DNA from: a virus
Lineage: Duplodnaviria; Caudoviricetes
Length of the DNA stretch: 36,911 nt
Strand: one strand, 5' to 3'
Virus record (IMG/VR): IMGVR_UViG_3300005259_000017
Location: 1 to 36,911 of that record
Shown piece after piece: positions 8,779 through 16,858 of this stretch. A model generated the notes under the pieces. The model had not been told where the DNA came from and searched no databases. It saw only the letters and a list, made by a program, of their open reading frames with translations. Every line of letters starts with the position of its first letter. Within the stretch, counting starts at the first letter, position 1. The position numbers and the translations under genes are program-made.

Positions 8779-8891
8779 GCGCGCCGGGCTACTGGTAAAC
8801 TTTATAGCGATTAAGGTAAAACTAGCTCACAAATGTGTCCGACTCGTCCTAGGCCCAGGAATCGGCCTTCTTGGGCAAATTCAGAAAGGCA

Positions 8892-9506
8892 CTATTGCTT
8901 ATAGTATGTAATTTTTCCCCATGACATATTATTGAGGATGAGTTCGTGAGTCATTTTTGCTATTGTTACTTTTGAAAAGCATTGGCGTATAAGCTTATTC
9001 ATTACAGATACTTCATAATAAGTATCGGATATTGTTTCGGTTATTTCATGCGTCGAATAGGTTTCTGAATACCTAGATGGTGTTGCTTCGCTTGTATCAA
9101 TGATATCTGATTGAGTTATCGTATATGAGAGTGTTTTGCTAGAATCCATCCATGTCCCAATAAGCCAATCAGGGGGAGCAATATACCCGACGGTAATATC
9201 ACATGATATAGAGTATTTCCCGTCAGAGGTCGTTGCCGTGATTGTCGCATTACCTAAGGTTTTTCCGATTACTAAACCATTGGTAACTGTAGCGATATTA
9301 CCGTTACTCGTTCCCCATGTTATATTCGTATTTGTTGCATTTAATGGTGCAACTGTCGCGGTTAGCTGAATCGTCCCGCCAACAGTTATCCCGGCACTTG
9401 TCTTGCTTAATGAAATGCCAGTGCATGGGACATGCGTCAACGCCAAGTTAGTACAGGAAACGCATAGCGCCATGATAGCCAATGCGACCAGTGTTTTTTT
9501 CATCAT
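8892..9506 (-). CDS. Lipoprotein with bacterial Ig-like (Big_2) domain; low-GC moron
   Basis: Signal ...LCVS-C; Big_2 signature TGISLSKT...VGGTIQLTATVAP.NATN..ITW.TSN..IATV.NGLV.G...G.ATITATT.DG. Confidence 0.85.
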   Translation of the reverse strand: MMKKTLVALAIMALCVSCTNLALTHVPCTGISLSKTSAGITVGGTIQLTATVAPLNATNTNITWGTSNGNIATVTNGLVIGKTLGNATITATTSDGKYSISCDITVGYIAPPDWLIGTWMDSSKTLSYTITQSDIIDTSEATPSRYSETYSTHEITETISDTYYEVSVMNKLIRQCFSKVTIAKMTHELILNNMSWGKITYYKQ

Positions 9507-9511
9507 TCCCC

Positions 9512-9778
9512 CTATTTTTTCCCGAGTATCTTTTCGTGAAGCGTACTTTTCTTTAAGTCCTCGCCTTGCTCGATCGGCAGGCAGGCGGCCTCGTATCGCT
9601 GCAGGCCAAGCTCGACCAGGTATCCCATGAACTCGTTTTCGTACTTGTCACTATAGCGGCCTTTTCCTTTCGCCGCCCGTGCCCGAGCGAGAACGCGCCC
9701 CGAAAGCCGGACCTTGATTACCTCTGTTGACGTTTCGAGCGGCTTCTTCCTCGCCCCGCCCTCTTTTCCATTGCTCAT
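9512..9778 (-). CDS. Ribbon-helix-helix-like regulator (88 aa)
   Basis: Alternating beta strand VIKVRLS followed by helices; similar to the 9909-10166 product. Confidence 0.55.
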   Translation of the reverse strand: MSNGKEGGARKKPLETSTEVIKVRLSGRVLARARAAKGKGRYSDKYENEFMGYLVELGLQRYEAACLPIEQGEDLKKSTLHEKILGKK

Positions 9779-9908
9779 CGACACCCCCTTCCTGATCACA
9801 TCACCCCATAAGCCAAACCGTTCACCATATTCTGGAATTGTATTATTTTGCCATGATTATGTAATTCTTCCATGCCAGATTTGCTCGATGGCTCCACCCT
9901 AAAAGCGA

Positions 9909-10166
9909 CTACTCTCCCGCAACCCGGCCTTCTATTTCCGTCGATGTTGTACTATTTTTTTTCCCTATCCGAAGTTCAACTTTCAGCACTTCGGCCTCGT
10001 AAACGTTCGAGCCAAGCCAAATAAGATAGGTGGCAAACTCCGAGTCGAACTTATCGGCCCAGTATCCGGCTTCCTTATCTATTTGCATCCTCGAATAAAC
10101 GTCCTCGCTTATGCTGAATTTGAGCTGATGGACGTGGACATCCTTCTTGTCCTTCTTGTTCCCCAT
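9909..10166 (-). CDS. Ribbon-helix-helix-like regulator, repressor candidate (85 aa)
   Basis: QLKFSISEDVY strand-helix pattern, AAGGAAGG RBS, first gene of the leftward operon. Confidence 0.55.
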   Translation of the reverse strand: MGNKKDKKDVHVHQLKFSISEDVYSRMQIDKEAGYWADKFDSEFATYLIWLGSNVYEAEVLKVELRIGKKNSTTSTEIEGRVAGE

Positions 10167-10185
10167 AGCAACCTTCCTTATTTTC

Positions 10186-10203
10186 AGTACTTATTTAGGT
10201 ACC
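10186..10203. promoter_or_regulatory. Operator-like site GTAC-N8-GTAC (left)
   Basis: AGTACTTATTTAGGTACC has the same layout as the palindrome at 10278-10295. Confidence 0.55.
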
Positions 10204-10271
10204 ATATTCACATTTATCGTACTCTTTGAAAGATATTGCAAGAAAAATTCAAATATATTTGAAATTATGGC

Positions 10272-10300
10272 TTTACGAGTACCAGTTCTGGTACTATAAT
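10272..10300 (+). promoter_or_regulatory. Sigma70 promoter TTTACG-N17-TATAAT with operator palindrome AGTACCAG-TT-CTGGTACT in the spacer
   Basis: Consensus -10, 17-bp spacer, perfect 8-bp inverted repeat; ATG 7 nt downstream. Confidence 0.8.
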
Positions 10301-10307
10301 CCCCCTC

Positions 10308-10484
10308 ATGGAAGCAAAAGGAAAATATGTAAGCGCCGATATCGACGCGAAGCTAAGAAAGAAGGTGGCGAAGATCGCGCGAAAAGAGAAAGTAGGGCGG
10401 GCAATTATGGCTGGCCGACTCCTTGAACGCGGCCTTGCTGAATACGAACGCCGGCTCGCCGAGGGCGTGGAGACCAGGCAATGA
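10308..10484 (+). CDS. Small RHH protein, Cro-analogue candidate (58 aa; not in the ORF track)
   Basis: MEAKGKYVSADIDAKLRKKVAKIARKEKVGRAIMAGRLLERGLAEYERRLAEGVETRQ; its stop overlaps the next ATG (ATGA). Confidence 0.7.
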   Translation: MEAKGKYVSADIDAKLRKKVAKIARKEKVGRAIMAGRLLERGLAEYERRLAEGVETRQ

Positions 10485-10816
10485 CCGACGCTCGCGCCGA
10501 CATTGCCGGGGCGGTGAATTTCGGCAACGAAACCCTTCTCGCTGTCCAGGACACACTCCGCGCCCTTTTCTCGGAATACACCCTTACCCTCTCCGCGATC
10601 GCCCGGCGCCAGTGTTGCTCCCGCTCCATGCTCTACAAGGAGCCCTGGCGCGTCCCTGGCTTCGGGGCGGGGAACGACGCCGGGAAGCAGCCATGGGAAT
10701 GCTACCTTGCCACCTATCAAAAATGGATGGCGGTTCCCGAGGAGGAGCGGAAAAAGCAGTGGGTGGCGATGCGGCCGGCCGAAAAGAAGGCGATTCGCAA
10801 AGCGAGGGCGGCATGA
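10481..10816 (+). CDS. Hypothetical protein, possible HTH (111 aa)
   Basis: Coupled to neighbours on both sides; LTLSAIARRQCCSRSMLY is HTH-like. Confidence 0.6.
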   Translation: MTDARADIAGAVNFGNETLLAVQDTLRALFSEYTLTLSAIARRQCCSRSMLYKEPWRVPGFGAGNDAGKQPWECYLATYQKWMAVPEEERKKQWVAMRPAEKKAIRKARAA

Positions 10817-11151
10817 GCACCCCCGAGGGCTTCGTTGTCCGGGCCTGCCTGGATTATCTCGCCATACGCGGCATCGTCGCGTGGCGCAATTCAACAGTTG
10901 GCATTTTCGATCCTACCACCAAGCGCATGCGTACAAACCCCGGCCGCAATGGCGTCGCGGACATCATCGGCTGCCTGCCCGGTGGTCGCTTCCTTGCCGT
11001 GGAATGCAAGGCAGGCAAGGGAAAGCTCTCGCCCGATCAGGTGGAATTCCAGCGTGACATCATCCACGCGGGCGGCCTGCATATCGTGGCCTACCGCGTT
11101 GAGGACGTGATTGAAGTAATACAGGAGGAATTGGACCATGAAGAAGATTAG
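10813..11151 (+). CDS. VRR-NUC domain nuclease (112 aa)
   Basis: GVADIIG...GRFLAVECKAGKGKLSPDQ..F PD-(D/E)xK signature; ATGA overlap at the start. Confidence 0.88.
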   Translation: MSTPEGFVVRACLDYLAIRGIVAWRNSTVGIFDPTTKRMRTNPGRNGVADIIGCLPGGRFLAVECKAGKGKLSPDQVEFQRDIIHAGGLHIVAYRVEDVIEVIQEELDHEED

Positions 11152-11320
11152 CGCCTTCCTGAACTGGCTTTTCGTCGATCCTGAGCCGTTGAAGCATGAG
11201 CATCATTCCATCGCCCGCGAGGCGATGAACTGCCCGCCGTATCCCTGCCTCGGCGCCAACGACCAACTGTGCGAAGCCAGCCGCGCCAACCCGAAGCTGA
11301 CGGGGGCGAACCATGCGTGA
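11138..11320 (+). CDS. Hypothetical protein (60 aa)
   Basis: GGAGG RBS; overlaps its neighbours in the operon. Confidence 0.55.
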   Translation: MKKISAFLNWLFVDPEPLKHEHHSIAREAMNCPPYPCLGANDQLCEASRANPKLTGANHA

Positions 11321-11642
11321 GCTATGGGCGAACGGCCAGCATTACCGCTCGGCCCAGGCGTTCTTTCGGGCGATCGGCGTTGAGCCGAATAAAAAGAGAT
11401 CCATGCAGTACGCGCTCGCCGATGCACTCAAGATTGGCGAGCAACTACAATTTGGCGGTAAAAGCTACGACGTGAGCGAAATATCGCCGCTGGCCAAGGT
11501 GAAGCCGAAGCATGAGCCCCGGCCCGACTTCCACCCCTATATCGAATCCGACCATGAGGAACCTCGGCCGCCCCGCGGCCTTCTCGCGCGCGGCTACGCG
11601 ACCGTGGGACTGCACCAGGATCATGGAGAGCACTACAGATGA
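11313..11642 (+). CDS. Hypothetical protein (109 aa)
   Basis: Translationally coupled operon member. Confidence 0.6.
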   Translation: MRELWANGQHYRSAQAFFRAIGVEPNKKRSMQYALADALKIGEQLQFGGKSYDVSEISPLAKVKPKHEPRPDFHPYIESDHEEPRPPRGLLARGYATVGLHQDHGEHYR

Positions 11643-11968
11643 GCGCCTACTACCCTACCGAGCTGCCGATACAGCCGAGACTCCCGCGCCCCCAGGATAC
11701 CCGAGAGCAGCGCTTCGACAAGTTCGACGACGAGAACCCTTTCGTTTTCGAGGAAATCAAGCGGAGAGCCAGGGCCGAACCGGCGGGGAAGATCCTGCAC
11801 ATGCGCCGGATCATCGAGGACATCCGCGAAGATGAACACATTTTCATCAACAACAACCACGCGCCGTTCTACGTGGACAAGCTCGAGCGCGAGTGCCCGG
11901 AGTTCATCGGCCGGTTCCATAAGCGCGAGCGGGCCGAGCGGAAGATGAAGCGGGTTTACTGCAAATGA
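11639..11968 (+). CDS. Phage hypothetical protein (F...NP.VF...INNNHAPFY)
   Basis: ATGA coupling; motif recalled from other phage early proteins. Confidence 0.65.
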   Translation: MSAYYPTELPIQPRLPRPQDTREQRFDKFDDENPFVFEEIKRRARAEPAGKILHMRRIIEDIREDEHIFINNNHAPFYVDKLERECPEFIGRFHKRERAERKMKRVYCK

Positions 11969-12180
11969 GCAAGAGGGATTTCCAGGCCGACCAGGAGGCC
12001 GCCGTGCTGGCGGAGCTGCGCGAGACCCAGGGCTATTTCACGGTCTACTGGGCCATGCAGACGCAATACCGCGCGGCGGCGCTCCATAGGCTGGAATCTC
12101 GCGGGGAGATCGCTACAGCGAGGCTCGAATTCCCGATGATGCGGGCAATACCAATCCAAGAAACTACAGCTATTTCTTGA
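11965..12180 (+). CDS. Hypothetical protein, possible winged helix (71 aa)
   Basis: ATGA coupling; last gene before the convergent ORF. Confidence 0.55.
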   Translation: MSKRDFQADQEAAVLAELRETQGYFTVYWAMQTQYRAAALHRLESRGEIATARLEFPMMRAIPIQETTAIS

Positions 12181-12370
12181 CCTTTATATCAGGCCAGAGG
12201 CGGTCAATGTTTTCCATCGCCATGCGTAAAACGAACGGTGAATCCTTCTCGAAAATTCCGGTCGCTTCAAACGACCTTTTTTTTGCTTCGGCGATTATTT
12301 CCTGCTGCTCAGGACTCGGGCGGACGGATACCGGGGTCCTGGGGTTCTTTGCTTTTTTCGGTTCAGCCAT
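12170..12370 (-). CDS. RHH-like regulator (66 aa), probably leaderless
   Basis: PVSVRPSPEQQEII...SPFVLRMAME pattern; the ATG lies 6 nt after TACAAT. Confidence 0.6.
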   Translation of the reverse strand: MAEPKKAKNPRTPVSVRPSPEQQEIIAEAKKRSFEATGIFEKDSPFVLRMAMENIDRLWPDIKVKK

Positions 12371-12376
12371 AGGCGA

Positions 12377-12405
12377 ATTGTACACCGGGACAAAAAAAGA
12401 TGCAA
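12377..12405 (-). promoter_or_regulatory. Leftward promoter TTGCAT-N17-TACAAT
   Basis: Read on the minus strand; canonical spacing. Confidence 0.7.
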
Positions 12406-12430
12406 ATGGATATTTTCTATCGATTTCCTA

Positions 12431-12470
12431 TTGACGGATGATATTGGATGGTTTAGGATGCTTTTGGATG
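12431..12470 (+). promoter_or_regulatory. Rightward promoter TTGACG-N17-TAGGAT overlaid by four GGATG direct repeats at a 10-bp period
   Basis: GGATG at 12436, 12446, 12456 and 12466. Confidence 0.75.
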
Positions 12471-12500
12471 CTAAAGAACATAAAAGGAGGTATCCAAAAG

Positions 12501-12680
12501 ATGGACGAAGTCGAAGAGATGCTTTCCAGGGACGAATTCGCCAAACGGCTGGGCATTACCGGGAAGACGCTTTCGGTCTGGATTAAGAACGGGAAGGTCA
12601 AGGCGGCGAAGCCGGGGCGCAGCTACAAGATTCCCAAGAGCGAACTGCGCAGATGCCTAAGCACGGAGGCGATTCGATGA
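12501..12680 (+). CDS. Excisionase-like HTH_17 (MerR-type) DNA-binding protein (59 aa)
   Basis: AAGGAGG RBS; MLSRDEFAKRLGITGKTLSVWIKNGKVKA.K.GRSYKIP.SEL. Confidence 0.85.
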   Translation: MDEVEEMLSRDEFAKRLGITGKTLSVWIKNGKVKAAKPGRSYKIPKSELRRCLSTEAIR

Positions 12681-12922
12681 GCAGATACGGCGTAGTAAAG
12701 CAGGAAAACGAATACAACCAGTCGCTCTCAAGGGAGGTCTACGACGGGTGTCCGAAGGCTGTGTTCGCCGCGATTGCGGTATCGCTCGCCACGACCGGGG
12801 GCGACTACCTCGAGGAAGCCCAGGAAAGAATCATTTCTGAGTGGTGGGCTCTTTATGACAACGGAATCGTCAAACAGAAGCCCATGCTGAAAAGGGAAGC
12901 CAGCGAGGAGGACGAGGCATGA
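12677..12922 (+). CDS. Hypothetical protein (81 aa)
   Basis: GGAGG RBS and ATGA coupling. Confidence 0.6.
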   Translation: MSRYGVVKQENEYNQSLSREVYDGCPKAVFAAIAVSLATTGGDYLEEAQERIISEWWALYDNGIVKQKPMLKREASEEDEA

Positions 12923-13134
12923 GCAGGAGACTAGCGAAATGGTCCGTCAAGGTTCAGATGACCTCGCCGGAGGGCAATCGGTACGAGGTGGACATCGAGG
13001 TCAACGCCAGGGACATTGCCGGCGCCAAGGCGATCGCGGCGGAGACGGTGCGGCTCAATAACCACGACTACAACGTCCTCGCCAAGGCGGCCTTCTTCGA
13101 TGGCTTCCTGCCTGAGAAGGAGGTGGTCAGGTGA
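12919..13134 (+). CDS. Hypothetical protein (71 aa)
   Basis: RBS and ATGA coupling. Confidence 0.6.
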   Translation: MSRRLAKWSVKVQMTSPEGNRYEVDIEVNARDIAGAKAIAAETVRLNNHDYNVLAKAAFFDGFLPEKEVVR

Positions 13135-13349
13135 GCAAAGACCCTGCAGCGCCCAAGGCGAAGCGAGCCGCGGCGAAGTACACGACGAAGATGGAGTTCG
13201 CTTTGAACTCTCGCGGAAAAGTCCCGCTCGCCGTCACCGCCGAATACGCGACACCCGAGGAAACCGCAGAGAACGCGCGTAAAGCGATCCGACTTTTCAA
13301 GGAAATCTGCCAGGAAGAAAGCCTGAGCATGGGCGACAAGCCCTTTTAG
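13131..13349 (+). CDS. Hypothetical protein (72 aa)
   Basis: AGGAGG RBS and GTGA coupling. Confidence 0.55.
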   Translation: MSKDPAAPKAKRAAAKYTTKMEFALNSRGKVPLAVTAEYATPEETAENARKAIRLFKEICQEESLSMGDKPF

Positions 13350-13376
13350 CAAGATCACATTTTCAAGGAGAAGGAT

Positions 13377-14117
13377 ATGGGAATTCCAGTAATGATTTTA
13401 GGTGAAAGCGGAACCGGGAAAAGCGCCTCGATGCGCAATCTCGACCCAAACACCTATGGTCTCGTCAATGTGGCGTCGAAGCCACTGCCCTTCAGGACCA
13501 CCAAGAAGTCGTTCGACTCGGACGACTACGCCAAGATCACGGCGCTGATCAAGCGGGCGCAGAGCGACATCATCGTGATCGACGACGTGCAGTATTTGAT
13601 GGCGAACGAGTTCATGCGCCGCGCCAAGGAAACCGGCTACCAGAAGTTCACGGACATCGGCCTGTCCTTCTGGAACCTCGTCCGTGAGGTCGTGGCCCTG
13701 CCGCCGCAGAAGATTGTCTATTTCCTCGGCCATACCTCGATGGACGACACCGGGCACACCCACTTCAAGACCATCGGCCGAATGCTCGATGAGAAGATCA
13801 CGGTCGAGGGCATGTTCACGATCGTCCTGCGCACCTTCGTACAGGACGAAAAGTTTTATTTCTCGACCATGAACGACGGCCAGGACACAGTGAAATCGCC
13901 CATCGGCATGTTCACCGACCGCTACATCGAAAACGACCTCGCCGCCGTGGACGTCGCGATCCGCAACTATTACGACTTCCCCGCGCCATTCAACGCCGCC
14001 CAGGCCCCTGCCGCGACCTTCATCCAGGCGGGCGCCTCCGCCCAGCCCGTCAAGGCCGCCCCGGCCGCTGCCCCCGCCAAGGGAAAGGAAAAAGCGTATG
14101 CGAACTCTCTTGTTTGA
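13377..14117 (+). CDS. AAA_24 / Sak4-like ATPase (single-strand annealing protein)
   Basis: Walker A GESGTGKS, Walker B IIVIDD, and a TVKSPIGMF motif; sits next to exonuclease and SSB genes. Confidence 0.82.
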   Translation: MGIPVMILGESGTGKSASMRNLDPNTYGLVNVASKPLPFRTTKKSFDSDDYAKITALIKRAQSDIIVIDDVQYLMANEFMRRAKETGYQKFTDIGLSFWNLVREVVALPPQKIVYFLGHTSMDDTGHTHFKTIGRMLDEKITVEGMFTIVLRTFVQDEKFYFSTMNDGQDTVKSPIGMFTDRYIENDLAAVDVAIRNYYDFPAPFNAAQAPAATFIQAGASAQPVKAAPAAAPAKGKEKAYANSLV

Positions 14118-15540
14118 TAAGGACACGCAGAGCTACACCGTCGACGGGTGCGCCGCGCCGCGCGTTACGGAGATCGTGGCGGCCGTCACCGGCAAGGACA
14201 TGTCGAAGATTCCGGCGGCCAACCTCAAGGCCGCCAGGGAGCGGGGCGAGCAGATCCACAAGGATGTTGAGTCGGGCGAGTTCGCCACCCTCGAAGGCCA
14301 GTGGATCAAGGCGCAGCTTCTCGGCGAGGCCGCGCACGAAGTGAAGGGCGCCGCCGCGGTGAACGGGCTCCTGTTCGCCGGCACCGCCGACCTCGTCTAT
14401 GAAAACATGGACATCGACGACATCAAGAGCCAGAACGAGCGCGACATCCTAGCCTGGACGCTACAGCTCAACCTTTACCGCGCGATGCTCCACGCTGCCG
14501 GAGGTCTCCGCGTCCTCCACTGCCCGAAGTCGGGAAACTACCACGTCGTGCCGATCCAGACCTTGAGCGATGAAAAGGTCGCCGAGATCATCGATGCCTA
14601 CCGCGAGGGGCGGATCCTCAACGACTCGTTCCTCTCGATGGTCGAGCAGCCCGAGGCCGAGAGCCTGGAACTGGTGGTATCGAAGTACACCGTCGGCGAG
14701 TTGACGACGAACGCGAAATCGATCCTCGAAACCGTAAAGCGCAACCTCGCCAACTACAAGGCCGAGAACTACAGCGAGGCGAACATCGCCGACGCGAAGC
14801 GCGACAAGGCCGAGCTCAACGCGGCCGCGAAGAAGCTGAACGATAAGCGCATCGAGATCGAGCGCGACTGGATGAAGCCCCTGAACGAGTTCAAGGACAC
14901 CGTCACCGCCGCCTGCCAGGAAATCAAGACCACCTCCGCGCAGATCGATTCCGTGGTCAAGGAAGTGGAGAACCGGGAGAAGGCCGAGAAGCGCCAACTG
15001 ATCGAGAAGTTCTTCGCGGAGAAGGGATGCCAGTACTTCACACTCGAGAAGATATGGAGCGAAGCCTGGTTGAACAAGGGCGCGAAGATGAAGGACGTCC
15101 AGGCCGAAATCGTCGCGAAAATCCAGCAGACCGAGGACGACCTGGCCGTGCTCGACCGCATCAACGAGCCCGAGGCGAAAGCCTACTACCTCGACACCTT
15201 GAGCCTGGATGCGGCGCTCAAGCGCGCGGACGACATCAAAGCGAACCGCGATCGGCTGGCCGCGATCGAGAAAGCCCGCCAGGAACGCGAGGCGGCCTCC
15301 AGGGCCGCGCCGCCCGAGCCGGAGGTATCGCGGGCCGTCTATGTGGCTCCCGTCGCGTCTATGGCCCAGGAGCCCGCCCCGGCGATGCCCGAGCCCGAGC
15401 CGGAACCGCCCTTCGAGCAGGATGAGCCTACTGAGCCTGAAATGCTTGAACGGACCATGTGGGTTCGCGGCACCTACGATCAGATCGTCGCCCTTGGCGA
15501 CTTCATGAACGAAAACGGAATCGAATTCCGCAAACTGTAA
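14098..15540 (+). CDS. PD-(D/E)xK exonuclease-like domain fused to DUF1351-like coiled coil (480 aa)
   Basis: PRVTEI...RGEQIH...FAGTADLV...DIKS...QLNLY, then AK.DKAELN...L.DKRIEI...KP..EF and FM.ENGIEF. Confidence 0.75.
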   Translation: MRTLLFDKDTQSYTVDGCAAPRVTEIVAAVTGKDMSKIPAANLKAARERGEQIHKDVESGEFATLEGQWIKAQLLGEAAHEVKGAAAVNGLLFAGTADLVYENMDIDDIKSQNERDILAWTLQLNLYRAMLHAAGGLRVLHCPKSGNYHVVPIQTLSDEKVAEIIDAYREGRILNDSFLSMVEQPEAESLELVVSKYTVGELTTNAKSILETVKRNLANYKAENYSEANIADAKRDKAELNAAAKKLNDKRIEIERDWMKPLNEFKDTVTAACQEIKTTSAQIDSVVKEVENREKAEKRQLIEKFFAEKGCQYFTLEKIWSEAWLNKGAKMKDVQAEIVAKIQQTEDDLAVLDRINEPEAKAYYLDTLSLDAALKRADDIKANRDRLAAIEKARQEREAASRAAPPEPEVSRAVYVAPVASMAQEPAPAMPEPEPEPPFEQDEPTEPEMLERTMWVRGTYDQIVALGDFMNENGIEFRKL

Positions 15541-15553
15541 AGGAGACAGAACG

Positions 15554-16069
15554 ATGAACGAAATGGACGAATTCGCGCAGGGATACCAGGAAGAAGACTA
15601 CAGCGGCCCGCGCCTCGAGGAAGGCGACTACATGGCCAAAATCCAGAACATCACCTTCAAGCCGTCTTCCAAGGGCGACCCGATGATCACGATCGACCTT
15701 GTGATCAGGGAATCCACGATCATCTTCAAGCACCGGATCGTGAAAAACGACTATTTCAACTCGAACATGACGAAGTTCTACGACTGCTTCAAGATTCCCC
15801 GCGGCAACTTCGAGTACCAGCGCTGGCTCAACCGCAACGGCAAGGTCCATATCGCCAAGGGTAAGCCGAACGACGCCGGCATGGCGTACATGGAAATCAA
15901 GTACCTGATCGTGGACGCCCCGAAGGCTGGACCCGCCGCGCAGTCAGCGCCCGCCCAGGCCGCCCCGGCCCCAAGGCAACAGTATCAGGCCCAGGCCCGC
16001 GAGCCGGTGGCCGTTGGCGCCGCATCGCAGTTCGACCCGATGCCGTTTACGGACGACATTCCCTTCTGA
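15554..16069 (+). CDS. Single-stranded DNA-binding protein (DUF669-like)
   Basis: GDY..KI....SSKGDPMI, P/A/Q-rich linker, and acidic DDIPF C-terminus. Confidence 0.8.
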   Translation: MNEMDEFAQGYQEEDYSGPRLEEGDYMAKIQNITFKPSSKGDPMITIDLVIRESTIIFKHRIVKNDYFNSNMTKFYDCFKIPRGNFEYQRWLNRNGKVHIAKGKPNDAGMAYMEIKYLIVDAPKAGPAAQSAPAQAAPAPRQQYQAQAREPVAVGAASQFDPMPFTDDIPF

Positions 16070-16077
16070 GGTAAACC

Positions 16078-16545
16078 ATGACAAAGCTCAAGCTCCCGAA
16101 CGCGAAGCGGTTACAGACCGGAACGCTGGAAATTGTCTCTTTTCAGATCCCGAGGATCTATCAGTCCGAGTACCGGGAGCTTGTGCTCAAGAGCCCCGAA
16201 CACCTCGACCTCGAAATGGCGACGCCATCGAAGCCGAGGTCTACGGGGCGGTACAGCCAGAATCACCACCTCAACGGACATGTCCAGCAGATATGCGCCA
16301 TAACCGGCAACGACTTCGACGATGTGAAGCTCTACCTCAAGCGGGCGGCCTTCAAGCGCGGCTTGCGGTTTATGACCAAGCCGAACGGCGACACCGTCTA
16401 TTCGCTTGTTGACCTTGAACCGTTGCCGATTTCCGAGCGGGACATGACGAGCGAAGAATGTGGATGGTGTATCGACGAGGCGCACATACTGGCTATGGAA
16501 ATGGGAATTGTTCTACGCGAAGACCCGGAGGGCATCAATGGCTAG
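16078..16545 (+). CDS. NinB/DUF1367-like recombination accessory protein
   Basis: RST...QN..L.G..QQI and S..DMT.EE....ID motifs. Confidence 0.6.
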   Translation: MTKLKLPNAKRLQTGTLEIVSFQIPRIYQSEYRELVLKSPEHLDLEMATPSKPRSTGRYSQNHHLNGHVQQICAITGNDFDDVKLYLKRAAFKRGLRFMTKPNGDTVYSLVDLEPLPISERDMTSEECGWCIDEAHILAMEMGIVLREDPEGING

Positions 16546-16858
16546 ACCAAAAAACGGCCTTGAGTTTAACCCGCAAGAGAACGCTTTCAGGGTCGCAGAG
16601 GGTAAGGGTAAGGATGGGCTGAAAAAGTATTTACGGAACGCATCGAGCGCATACATCAAAAAGCCGGCCGTAAAGAAATACATCTACGAGAGGGACAGCC
16701 GTTCTTGCCAGCTCTGCGGAAGCAGGGAGAACCTTCAGATTGACCATATAATCCCGGTTTACCTTGCGACTAAAGAAAACATTTATCAGATAAATTGCCC
16801 CGAAAATCTTCGGCTTTTATGCGGATCATGCAATGCAAAGAGGTCTCCCAATGGCTAG
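16538..16858 (+). CDS. HNH endonuclease (106 aa)
   Basis: RD...CQLCG...LQIDHIIP...NLRLLCGSCN; lower GC than its neighbours. Confidence 0.88.
   Translation: MARPKNGLEFNPQENAFRVAEGKGKDGLKKYLRNASSAYIKKPAVKKYIYERDSRSCQLCGSRENLQIDHIIPVYLATKENIYQINCPENLRLLCGSCNAKRSPNG

Noticed and set aside
8941-8959. Partial match of guide 3 in the lipoprotein gene
   Set aside because: Needs a 1-nt gap and four mismatches; not distinguishable from chance.
10226-10426. 66-aa ORF in the switch region
   Set aside because: It runs through the promoter and operator; the 10308-10484 frame is better supported.
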